DNA of 18,132 bases from a bacterium (GCA_037439545.1 JBBIVV010000040.1:1-18132), one strand, 5' to 3'; counted from the stretch's first letter, positions 1-8,685 are shown. Notes: generated by a model from the sequence alone, not told the origin. Translations and numbers: made by a program.

Positions 1-46
1 ATAAGGTAAAGAGATTACCTTGCAAGGTTTACGTGGAATTCTTCAA

Positions 47-1030
47 TTAGTTGAAATCTTTTGCAGCATGGTGGTTCACGCTTGTCTGCTCTGTAAATTT
101 CTTTCCTTTTTTATTGAAGAACGTAATTCTGTTCCTGCCCGCTTTTTTAGATACATACAACGCCTTGTCCGCATATTGGACGAACTCGTCAATATTTTGT
201 ATTTTCTCATTCGGAAGGGAAGCTACACCTACGGAAAATGTCGTTGATTTCAGAGAACTATCTATGATCGAGAGGTCTTGTTCCATCATTCTATTCACAT
301 ATCTCTGGGCAACAGTCAATGCACCTTTTACACCTGTTTCCGGAAGCATGATGACAAACTCGTCGCCTCCATATCTTGCGCATATATCGGCTTTTCTAAG
401 GTCAGCCTGAAATATCCTGGCAACAAGTGAAAGCACTCTATCTCCTATGAGATGGCCGTGCTTATCATTGATAGATTTGAAACGGTCCATATCGATCATC
501 AAAAGGGACAATTCCCTGTTGTATCTCTTTGCCCTGTCGAATTCATTCTTAAAACTATTCATAAAAAAACCTTTATTGTAGAGTCCTGTCAGGAAATCGG
601 TGTTCGAAGATATTTTAAGCTTTTCTGTTTCTGCCATAAGCTCATCATGGAATAATTTCACCCTGAGATGTGCCTTTACCCTTGCAACGAATTCAAGCGG
701 GTCAAAAGGCACGGTCACATAATCCTGAGCGCCTTCTTCCAGAACATTGATCCTGTCGTTTGCATTGCCGGTCCCTGTGACTATAAGCACCGGGATCCGT
801 TTAAACTGACTGTATTCATTTTTTATTCTCAGAAACTTGAAGCCGTCAAATTTAGGCATGATGAGATCGCAGATTATAAGGTCCGGTGGATTGGAAAGCA
901 TCATCTTAAGGCCGTTGATTCCGTCGTTAGCCTCGTAGAACATGTCAAAAAGCCCTGCCCTACCGAGAACCGATTTTATCTCTTCTCTCCTCAGTGTTGA
1001 ATCATCAATAATCAATGTGCTTAATGACAT
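47..1030 (-). CDS. Response regulator-diguanylate cyclase (N-terminal REC + C-terminal GGDEF; WspR/PleD-like)
   Basis: REC motifs LIIDDS, DLIICDLIMPKFDG, VLIVTG. GGDEF domain with TDFLTGLYN, MIDMDRFKSINDKHGHLIGD, RKAD I-site, RYGGDEF and ADKALYVSKKAGRNR. AAGAGG RBS at 1044-1039. Confidence 0.95.
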   Translation of the reverse strand: MSLSTLIIDDSTLRREEIKSVLGRAGLFDMFYEANDGINGLKMMLSNPPDLIICDLIMPKFDGFKFLRIKNEYSQFKRIPVLIVTGTGNANDRINVLEEGAQDYVTVPFDPLEFVARVKAHLRVKLFHDELMAETEKLKISSNTDFLTGLYNKGFFMNSFKNEFDRAKRYNRELSLLMIDMDRFKSINDKHGHLIGDRVLSLVARIFQADLRKADICARYGGDEFVIMLPETGVKGALTVAQRYVNRMMEQDLSIIDSSLKSTTFSVGVASLPNEKIQNIDEFVQYADKALYVSKKAGRNRITFFNKKGKKFTEQTSVNHHAAKDFN

Positions 1031-1049
1031 TAATAATGCCTCTTGTTAT

Positions 1050-1080
1050 ATTATATTGCACGGCCTTACCGTCGTGTCAA
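1050..1080 (-). promoter_or_regulatory. Putative sigma70 promoter of the REC-GGDEF gene
   Basis: Minus strand TTGACA (1080-1075), 19-nt spacer, TATAAT (1055-1050), about 20 nt before the ATG at 1030. The spacer is longer than optimal. Confidence 0.5.
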
Positions 1081-1105
1081 GCAAAAAACCGGGCATGCCT
1101 GATGA

Positions 1106-1225
1106 ATATTGAAGAACCACGCTGTAAACAGCGTGGTTCTTCATCGGTAACGAATATGTTGATCGTACAGCTCGACTTGACCCCGCTATAAATAGCGGGG
1201 ATTGCGGCGAGCACCCGTTCAATAT
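1106..1225. repeat. Small palindromic element with two related hairpins and 8-bp inverted ends (possible non-autonomous IS200/IS605-type or REP-like element, or structured RNA)
   Basis: 16-bp perfect inverted repeat 1110-1143 (TGAAGAACCACGCTGT-AA-ACAGCGTGGTTCTTCA). 9-bp inverted repeat 1181-1200 (CCCCGCTAT-AA-ATAGCGGGG). Ends ATATTGAA (1106-1113) and TTCAATAT (1218-1225). The family assignment is inference. Confidence 0.7.
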
Positions 1226-1289
1226 ATTATAAATTGCTTTGCTTTCCATGGTATTTGTTATAAACAATAAGCCAATAGAGGAGAATTTT

Positions 1290-2297
1290 ATGAAAAAAGT
1301 ACTGATAACAGGTGCAACAGGTTTTATCGGAGGCAATCTTGTAAAGGAAAATATCCGCAGAGGGAATAATGTGCGGGCATTCGTCCTTCCCGCTGACGAG
1401 GGTGAAGCCGCATTAAAGGCACAGGGCGTCGAGATATATCATGGCGATATCAGAAACTACGATGAGGTAAAAAAAGCAGTGTCCGGTGTCGATATTGTTT
1501 TTAACTGCGCTGCAATCGTTACTGACTGGGCACCTTGGAAGCTCTTTCAGGAAGTAACCATCGGGGGCATAGAAAATGTTTGTAAAGCCAGCGTAGAAAC
1601 CGGTGTATCGAGACTCGTTGATATAAGCACGAATGATGTTTTTGGCAGGGATGAACGAATGATAATGGATGAGACCTTCCCTCTCAAACCATGGGGAGAG
1701 CCTTACCCGGATGCCAAGATAGAAGCGGAAAAGATCGTATGGCGGTATCATCATGAAAAAAAACTCCCGGTAACCATGGTATATCCGTGCTGGGCATTCG
1801 GACCAGGAGACAAGACATTCGTGCCCCTGCTCGCTGATTCCATCGTTAAGCATGAGCTGATATTCTGGAGAAAAGATGTATTGGTCTGGCCGACGTATAT
1901 AGAAAACCTTGTTGACCTGCTGCTGTTGATCTCAGAGGACAGCCGCGCAGTCGGCAACGGCTACCTTATTCATGACGGCGAGTCCGTAACACTGCAGGAT
2001 TTTTGCAAAGGCATAGCAGATACCCTCGGCGAAAAGCAAATTACTACGCATATCCCTTACTTTGCTGCTTACGGCGCTGCCGTCGTTATGGAAGCATTGT
2101 GGAAGGTATTCAATATAAAAACAAGACCTTTACTGACGACTTATACCGTAAAAAATCTCGGTTCACGGCTGAAGTTTTCCATAGCAAAAGCCGAGCGGGA
2201 ACTGGGATGGAAGCCCAAGGTCTCCTTTAAACAGGGCTTTGCAAAAACGATGGAATGGCTGAAAACATTGGATTTAAAAGCACTCAAGCAAAAATAA
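1290..2297 (+). CDS. NAD-dependent epimerase/dehydratase family protein (extended SDR, 3-beta-HSD-like)
   Basis: KKVLITGATGFIG Rossmann motif, GDI, NCAA, YPDAK (YxxxK), FGPGD and C-terminal KAERELGWKP. Start moved to ATG 1290 because GAGGAG lies at 1278-1283. Confidence 0.92.
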   Translation: MKKVLITGATGFIGGNLVKENIRRGNNVRAFVLPADEGEAALKAQGVEIYHGDIRNYDEVKKAVSGVDIVFNCAAIVTDWAPWKLFQEVTIGGIENVCKASVETGVSRLVDISTNDVFGRDERMIMDETFPLKPWGEPYPDAKIEAEKIVWRYHHEKKLPVTMVYPCWAFGPGDKTFVPLLADSIVKHELIFWRKDVLVWPTYIENLVDLLLLISEDSRAVGNGYLIHDGESVTLQDFCKGIADTLGEKQITTHIPYFAAYGAAVVMEALWKVFNIKTRPLLTTYTVKNLGSRLKFSIAKAERELGWKPKVSFKQGFAKTMEWLKTLDLKALKQK

Positions 2298-2452
2298 AAA
2301 GGGCCTCTTCCATTGTCGATCTTACATAGGTGCAAAGTTTTATCCTCAGCTCGTAAAACAAAGCTCCCTTCGATAAACGGCATTAACCTATCAAAAAAGG
2401 CCGGGTAACTTCATGATCGCTTTCTGGATAAGGTCCATAAAAAGAAGCTGTA

Positions 2453-3520
2453 TCAGGGTTTTTTCTCGAATAATTTTTTATACTGTCCATAGCCTTCTTT
2501 CTCCAGATCTTCTTTGGGAATGAATCGAAGTGCTGCGGAGTTGATGCAATACCTGAGACCTGATGGTTGAGGACCATCATCAAACACATGTCCGAGATGT
2601 GAGCCTGCCCTGCTATCCACTTCAGTCCTGACCATAAAGTAGCTCGTGTCCTTTTTCTTCACGATATTTCCCGGATCAAGAGGCTTTGTGAAGCTTGGCC
2701 AGCCTGTGCCTGAGTCGAATTTGTCGATTGAACTGAACAACGGCTCCCCGGAAACGATATCTACATATATGCCCTGCCTGTGGTTATCCCAGTATGCATT
2801 GTCGAAGGGTTTCTCAGTGCCGCACTCCTGTGTGACCGAATACTGCAACGGCGTCAGTTGTTTTTTTAATTCCGCTTTCGAAGGTTTTTTATCCTGCCAT
2901 TCTTTTTTTAGAAAAGTATCTCGGCCTGAACCGAACCTGTAGAGTTCGTATCGTACGGGATTCTTCTTGTAATAGTCCTGGTGGTAATCCTCTGCCGGAT
3001 AAAATGCCGTGAACTTTATGATTCTGGTGACAACCGGCTTGCTGAACCTGCCTGATTTTTCGAGTTCCTCTTTGGACTTTTCTGCAAGCTGTCTTTGTTC
3101 CTCGTTATGGTAGAATATGGCTGTTCTGTATTGCGTCCCGCGATCTACGAATTGTCCGCCGCTATCCGTCGGGTCAATCTGCCTCCAGAATGCGTCAAGG
3201 AGCGACTTATAAGTAATCTTTGACGGGTCATACGTTATCTGCACAGCTTCAAAGCTGCCTGTCGTCCCCGATGAGACTTCTTCATAAGTAGGATGTACAG
3301 TTTTTCCGCCCGTATAACCAGATTCGACTTTGACTACACCATCCATTTTGTCGAACGGATGCACCATACACCAGAAACACCCCCCTGCAAAGGTGGCTTC
3401 TGCTAATCCTTTGTTCCCGGTCATCTTATTCCCTTCAGCATCCGATTTTTCCGTAGCGTTGAAATAAGCTATACCGCCTATCGCCATTACGCTTACCAGT
3501 ATTATCAATATCGCCTTCAT
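2453..3520 (-). CDS. msrAB: Bifunctional peptide-methionine sulfoxide reductase MsrA-MsrB with an N-terminal signal/anchor
   Basis: MsrA motifs [36 protein letters not shown]. MsrB motifs [32 protein letters not shown]. Hydrophobic N-terminus [20 protein letters not shown]. Start 3520 (or 3523) preferred over 3568 because promoter elements occupy 3526-3556. Confidence 0.95.
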   Translation of the reverse strand: MKAILIILVSVMAIGGIAYFNATEKSDAEGNKMTGNKGLAEATFAGGCFWCMVHPFDKMDGVVKVESGYTGGKTVHPTYEEVSSGTTGSFEAVQITYDPSKITYKSLLDAFWRQIDPTDSGGQFVDRGTQYRTAIFYHNEEQRQLAEKSKEELEKSGRFSKPVVTRIIKFTAFYPAEDYHQDYYKKNPVRYELYRFGSGRDTFLKKEWQDKKPSKAELKKQLTPLQYSVTQECGTEKPFDNAYWDNHRQGIYVDIVSGEPLFSSIDKFDSGTGWPSFTKPLDPGNIVKKKDTSYFMVRTEVDSRAGSHLGHVFDDGPQPSGLRYCINSAALRFIPKEDLEKEGYGQYKKLFEKKP

Positions 3521-3525
3521 CATAT

Positions 3526-3556
3526 AGTATAACATGCTCATTGTAATGATTACAAT
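3526..3556 (-). promoter_or_regulatory. msrAB promoter (TTGTAA-18-TATACT with extended -10 TG) overlapped by a Fur/PerR-family-like operator
   Basis: Minus strand reads ATTGTAATCATTACAATGAGCATGTTATACTATATGATG. Perfect 8-1-8 inverted repeat ATTGTAAT-G-ATTACAAT at 3540-3556. Confidence 0.6.
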
Positions 3557-3662
3557 CAAGATATTCATAAGTATTTATTTACCGAGATGCGTTATAAGAA
3601 CTTAATAAGGACGGGGCTCACGGGCTTCTGCCTTCTCAACGAAAAAGTATTTATCAGGAGTG

Positions 3663-5147
3663 TCAATACATAAAGCTTGCGAAGTGGGCGAAACTCTGAA
3701 GAGGTGCCCACCAGATGCCGAACAGTATAGTCGGTACAAGCAGGCTTATAATAATAAGTGCAGGCAGGATGCCGACTTTGATGGGTTGAATGTTTCCCGA
3801 AGGTGTTTCAAGGTACATCTTCTTTACGACCCTTGCATAATAATAAAGCGATACGACCGTGTTCAGAACTGCTATGATAACGAGCCAGTAAAGTCCTTTG
3901 TCAATAGCGGCAATAAAGATGACCACCTTTCCGATAAACCCTGCAAACGGTGGAATGCCTGTCAGCGAAAACAGGAATATGGTCATAGCAGCGGACAACC
4001 CGGGTGATACCTGAGACAATCCGCTATACTTATCAATATCCTCCGAGTGCAGGCTGTTATCCACGATCATAACGACGACAAATGCGCCGAGGTTCATAAA
4101 GAAATAAACGGTAAGATAAAGCAGTACCGCGCTTATGGCATCTTTTGAAATGATGGATAAGCCGATAAGCATGTATCCCGCATGTGCTATACTCGAATAT
4201 GCAAGCATTCTTTTTATATTGTTCTGCGGTATGGCAACAATATTACCAATCGTCATGGTAAATGCAGAGATAATGGCAATAAGCAATAACCAATGAACAG
4301 AGCTTAAATCGGCATAATACTGCGTCATACTTACCGCACTGATATAAGCCGTGTAGAAGAACCTCAAGATGACCGCAAAGCCCGCAGCTTTTGAAGCTAC
4401 TGCAAGGAGCGCTGTTACCGGTGTCGGTGCCCCTTCATAAACATCTGGAGCCCACATGTGCATGGGAACCATTGCTATCTTGAACCCGAAACCCGCGAGA
4501 ACAAAAAGCGTCGCGACATAAATGGTAACAGGAGGATAATGAAAATTAATCAATGTTATGAGGATATCCTTCAGATTCAACGAATGGGAGATGCCGAATA
4601 AAATGGACATGCCGTACAGCATAAATCCGGATGCTATAGAGCCGTATATGATATATTTAAGCCCCGCCTCTTTTGAACGCCTTTCTCCTCGAGAATAAGA
4701 TACCAGAAGATATGACATAACGCTGAGCAGTTCCATCGACAAATAGATCATCAGCAGGTTTAACGAACTTGCCATCATGGACATTCCTATGCCAAAGCCT
4801 GAAAGTATGGCAACCAGTTCCCACTTTCCTTCCGTGTCCTTCATTTCCCTTGAGCAGAATGCCATCAGCAGGACATATATGATAGATGTATACGCAATGA
4901 GCCTGAAGAAAAGACTGAACGGATCTATGGCAATCATACCGTAAAACGCCGTGTTCAGCGTGAGTCTTTCATACAGGATTATCGTTGCTGCAATTGCCCC
5001 CAGCATGCCAAGTATTCCTATATAAAAAGCCTCCCTCCCCTTTGAATGCTTCATGAGCATTGCGCCGATAATCGCGATAATAGCCGTAAGCGTCGCAATG
5101 AGTTCAGGCGCTATCAAGAAAATTGATCTGATTAAGTCCATCCGCAT
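3663..5147 (-). CDS. nuoN: NADH-quinone oxidoreductase subunit N
   Basis: Polytopic membrane protein with SMELLS, EAGLKY, FKIAMVPMHMWAPDVYEGAPTPV, KRMLAYSSIAHAGY and GIPPFAGFIGK. Last gene of the nuo cluster. Confidence 0.97.
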   Translation of the reverse strand: MRMDLIRSIFLIAPELIATLTAIIAIIGAMLMKHSKGREAFYIGILGMLGAIAATIILYERLTLNTAFYGMIAIDPFSLFFRLIAYTSIIYVLLMAFCSREMKDTEGKWELVAILSGFGIGMSMMASSLNLLMIYLSMELLSVMSYLLVSYSRGERRSKEAGLKYIIYGSIASGFMLYGMSILFGISHSLNLKDILITLINFHYPPVTIYVATLFVLAGFGFKIAMVPMHMWAPDVYEGAPTPVTALLAVASKAAGFAVILRFFYTAYISAVSMTQYYADLSSVHWLLLIAIISAFTMTIGNIVAIPQNNIKRMLAYSSIAHAGYMLIGLSIISKDAISAVLLYLTVYFFMNLGAFVVVMIVDNSLHSEDIDKYSGLSQVSPGLSAAMTIFLFSLTGIPPFAGFIGKVVIFIAAIDKGLYWLVIIAVLNTVVSLYYYARVVKKMYLETPSGNIQPIKVGILPALIIISLLVPTILFGIWWAPLQSFAHFASFMY

Positions 5148-5148
5148 T

Positions 5149-6648
5149 TTAATGACCGACCATCATCAGTAACTTTGAAAGCGAGACGCTTACAAGATTA
5201 AAGAATGGAACAGGATAAACACCCAGGAATAGAGCGATCAATCCGAGAGGAACAAGTGTAAACAACTCTCTGCCGTTTATCTCTGCAATACCCTTGTATT
5301 TCTCGTTAGCAGGACCGAAAAAGACCCTCTGATAAGCCCAGAGAAAATAACCTGCGGTAAATATGACCCCTGTCGCCGAAATGATGACAATAACAGGATA
5401 GACCTTAAACGTGCCGAGGAATACAAGTATCTCTCCAACAAACCCGCTTAATCCTGGCAGACCGAGTGAACCCATAAATGCAAGGCTCGTTATTCCTGCA
5501 TAGATGGGCATATATGCGGCAATGCCCCCAAATCCGTTCAGGTCCCTGTGGTGTGCTCTGTCGTAAATGACACCGACGAGTAAAAAGAGCATCCCTGTTA
5601 TAATACCGTGATTGAACATCTGCATAAGCGCCCCGTTAAAACCTATGTAGGTCATCGAAGACAGTCCCAGCAGCACAAACCCCATGTGGCTTACGGATGA
5701 ATAAGCAATCATCTTCTTAAAATCTGTCTGGGCCATTGCAACGAGTGCGCCATAGACAATATTGATAAGACCGAGAATGGCCATTGCAAAAGCGGTGTAA
5801 TTAGCCATATCAGGAAGCAAGGGGTAGCTGATCCTCATAAAACCATAGGCTCCCATTTTCAGTAAAACACCGGCAAGGATAACGCTTATTGCGGTTGGTG
5901 CTTCGACGTGTGCATCCGGTAACCAGGTGTGGAACGGAAACACAGGCACCTTTATGGCGAAACCTATAAACAGGGCTATATACATGGCAAGTCTTACTCC
6001 GAACTGCTTAATAAATGGTCCTTGATTTGCCTGGTTCATGAGTGTAACCAGATCAAATGTGTGCCTGCCTGTCACCGGGTCCGTGCTGTTAAAATACAGG
6101 GCAAGGATTACGACAAGCATAAATACACTGCCTGCAAGGGTATACAGAAAGAACTTTATAGCAGCATACTCCCTGCGGGGACCTCCCCATATACCTATGA
6201 GGAAATACATCGGGAAAAGCATCAATTCCCAGAATATATAGAAGAGGAAAAAATCCAGAGAGAGGAAAACGCCGAACATCGCAGTAACGAGCAGGAGGTA
6301 AAGCGCAAAATAAGCCTTGTGGGCCTTGTTTATATTCCATGATGCGAATACGGACAGGAACCCGAGAAGACCGGTAAGTACAATCATTGAAGCGCTTATA
6401 CCGTCGACGCCCAGGAAATACTGTATGTTAAATGCCGTTATCCACGAATATTTTTCTACAAACTGGAAATTCCCGTCTGCAAAGTTCATGGTGCCATACA
6501 TATAAAAAGACAGGACCATGGGGATAAACGTAAACACAACTGTTGTCCACCTGATCCATGAGACCTTGTCCCTGGGCATCAGTAAGACGACAACAAACCC
6601 TATCATCGGTGTAAAAACAATCCAGCTTAAAAGATAATGAGACAACAT
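5149..6648 (-). CDS. nuoM: NADH-quinone oxidoreductase subunit M
   Basis: LGVDGIS, FYIFWELML, AAIKFFLYT, IKVPVFPFHTWLPDAHVEAPT, LLKMG and GLPGLSGFVGE. GAGGA RBS upstream. Confidence 0.97.
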   Translation of the reverse strand: MLSHYLLSWIVFTPMIGFVVVLLMPRDKVSWIRWTTVVFTFIPMVLSFYMYGTMNFADGNFQFVEKYSWITAFNIQYFLGVDGISASMIVLTGLLGFLSVFASWNINKAHKAYFALYLLLVTAMFGVFLSLDFFLFYIFWELMLFPMYFLIGIWGGPRREYAAIKFFLYTLAGSVFMLVVILALYFNSTDPVTGRHTFDLVTLMNQANQGPFIKQFGVRLAMYIALFIGFAIKVPVFPFHTWLPDAHVEAPTAISVILAGVLLKMGAYGFMRISYPLLPDMANYTAFAMAILGLINIVYGALVAMAQTDFKKMIAYSSVSHMGFVLLGLSSMTYIGFNGALMQMFNHGIITGMLFLLVGVIYDRAHHRDLNGFGGIAAYMPIYAGITSLAFMGSLGLPGLSGFVGEILVFLGTFKVYPVIVIISATGVIFTAGYFLWAYQRVFFGPANEKYKGIAEINGRELFTLVPLGLIALFLGVYPVPFFNLVSVSLSKLLMMVGH

Positions 6649-6660
6649 TTCTTCTTCCTC

Positions 6661-8667
6661 CTATAATAAAACAAACGAAAGTAATACGGCTATTCCTATG
6701 ATGGCAAAGATAAGATAATTCTGTACAAGGCCGGTCTGAACTTTTCTCAGAATGCTCCCTGCAGATACAACGCCATCGCCCACTGCGTTTACCGCACCGT
6801 CGACTACGATTCTGTCAAATGCTCCGTCAAAGTCTGAAAGCTTTTTGCCGAGTTTCGCCGTACCGTTGACAGCTCCATCGATAATGCCCGAATCGAACGA
6901 TGACAGCACTTCTTTCAGTTTCATGACACCGCCTATGATATACTTATAATAGAACTCATCCACAAAATACTTGTTCAATAAAAGGGTGTAAGTCGTTTTA
7001 AAACTCTCTGCCACTTGAGCCGGCAGTTTTGTGTTGACTGCGTAGAAATAGTAAGCAATGCCTATGCCGGAAAATGCCGCAAGGACAGATACGCCCATAA
7101 GGATCCATTCAAGCGGCAGAGAGCCCTCCGGCAGTCTGACACCCGATGCAAACACAGGCTCCAGAAATTGCGCAAATACATTATGGACACCGAAAACCCC
7201 GGGCATGCCGATATACCCGCCAATGACCGATAGAATCGCAAGGATAATAAGCGGTATGGTCATTGTTTTTGGAGATTCGTGCACATGCTCTGCGGTATGA
7301 CGGTCCATCCTCGGAACACCATAGAATGTAAGGAGGACAAGCCTTGTCATATAGAATGCGGTAAGCACTGCACCTGCAACACCAAGCAGCCATATGAATG
7401 TACCGCCATACGGGCTTATAAATGCATTGTAGAGGATATCATCTTTGCTAAAGAATCCCGCAAATCCAGGTACGCCCGTTATCGCAAGTGTCGCGATGAT
7501 AAATGTCGCGGTGGTAATAGGCAGTTTTCTGGAAAGCCCGCCCATTTTTCTTATATCCTGTTCCCCTGACATTGCATGAATAACGCTGCCGGAACCGAGG
7601 AACAGCAGTGCCTTGAAAAAGGCATGGGTCATAAGATGAAAAATACCTGCACTGAACGCACCGACGCCGACTCCTATGAACATGTAGCCAAGCTGGCTTA
7701 CCGTAGAATACGCAAGAACCTTTTTTATGTCATTCTGAACGAGCCCTATTGTTGCTGCAAAAAATGCCGTTAATGCACCGACAATGGCAATGAGTCTCAG
7801 CGCATCGGGTGCAAGAATGTAAAGGAAATTCATTCGTGCAATCATGTATACGCCTGCAGTTACCATCGTAGCAGCATGTATCAAAGCGCTGACCGGCGTT
7901 GGACCTGCCATTGCATCGGGCAGCCACACATAAAGTGGTATCTGGGCGGACTTTCCGGTTGCACCCACAAAAAGCATTATTCCGACTGTTGTCAGTACTG
8001 CCGTCGAAACAAGGGTAATATTGGATTTTATAAAACCGAAATCAAGCGACCATGTTCCCGTCTTTATGCCGATTGCAGTGAACAGGAGCATAAATCCGAC
8101 TATAAAACCGAAATCGCCGATCCTGTTTACCAAAAATGCCTTCATACCCGCTTTTGCATTCTCGAGCTTTTCAAACCAGAATCCGATCAACAGATAAGAA
8201 CATAGACCGACGCCTTCCCACCCGACAAACATCAGGAGTATGCTGTTCGAAAGCACGAGCAAAAGCATGAAAAATGCGAACAGATTTAAAAATCCGAAGT
8301 ATCTTGAATACCTTTTATCTCCATGCATGTAACCGACGGAATAAAGATGTATGACCGAACTCACGCCGCTGACGATGAGGATCATAACGGTCGACAATGG
8401 ATCGACAAGGAACGACAGACCCACGTTGAACCCGCCAAGCCCTATCCATGTATAGACCGTATCGATAAACTGCCTTTGGTCCGGTGGCAGGGATAGAAGA
8501 TGCAGATAGCTTATTATAGATAAGATAAACGAAAATGTAATCGAGCCGACTGCAATTGTATGAACGGCAAATTTAGACAATCTGCTGCCGATGAGCAGGT
8601 TGGCCGCAGCTCCCAGCAAAGGTATAAAAGGAATCAACCAGATATATTGCTCGATAAAGGAATACAT
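6661..8667 (-). CDS. nuoL: NADH-quinone oxidoreductase subunit L (with lengthened transverse helix)
   Basis: GWEGVGLCSYLLIGFW, NRIGD, GKSAQIPLYVWLPDAMAGPTPVSALIHAATMV, HAFFKALLFL, NKYFVDE and QTGLVQNY. GGGAGA RBS. Confidence 0.97.
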   Translation of the reverse strand: MYSFIEQYIWLIPFIPLLGAAANLLIGSRLSKFAVHTIAVGSITFSFILSIISYLHLLSLPPDQRQFIDTVYTWIGLGGFNVGLSFLVDPLSTVMILIVSGVSSVIHLYSVGYMHGDKRYSRYFGFLNLFAFFMLLLVLSNSILLMFVGWEGVGLCSYLLIGFWFEKLENAKAGMKAFLVNRIGDFGFIVGFMLLFTAIGIKTGTWSLDFGFIKSNITLVSTAVLTTVGIMLFVGATGKSAQIPLYVWLPDAMAGPTPVSALIHAATMVTAGVYMIARMNFLYILAPDALRLIAIVGALTAFFAATIGLVQNDIKKVLAYSTVSQLGYMFIGVGVGAFSAGIFHLMTHAFFKALLFLGSGSVIHAMSGEQDIRKMGGLSRKLPITTATFIIATLAITGVPGFAGFFSKDDILYNAFISPYGGTFIWLLGVAGAVLTAFYMTRLVLLTFYGVPRMDRHTAEHVHESPKTMTIPLIILAILSVIGGYIGMPGVFGVHNVFAQFLEPVFASGVRLPEGSLPLEWILMGVSVLAAFSGIGIAYYFYAVNTKLPAQVAESFKTTYTLLLNKYFVDEFYYKYIIGGVMKLKEVLSSFDSGIIDGAVNGTAKLGKKLSDFDGAFDRIVVDGAVNAVGDGVVSAGSILRKVQTGLVQNYLIFAIIGIAVLLSFVLL

Positions 8668-8685
8668 TAAGATTTTCTCCCTGCT

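Noticed and set aside
3..28. Terminator after the GGDEF gene (AAGGTAA-N5-TTACCTT)
   Set aside because: AT-rich 7-bp stem at the window edge with no visible U-tail, so it cannot be supported.
1110..1200. Mini CRISPR array (two related palindromes about 44 nt apart)
   Set aside because: Only two 20-nt units with 4 mismatches, and no cas genes or leader. Covariation fits structural element ends better.
1081..1225. c-di-GMP-I riboswitch next to the diguanylate cyclase
   Set aside because: Only a TAGCGGGG resemblance. The GGCAAA...GAAA...GACGCAAA core is not present on either strand.
3607..3634. Terminator after nuoN
   Set aside because: The stem depends on G:U pairs that form only on the plus strand, and there is no U-tract on the transcribed minus strand.
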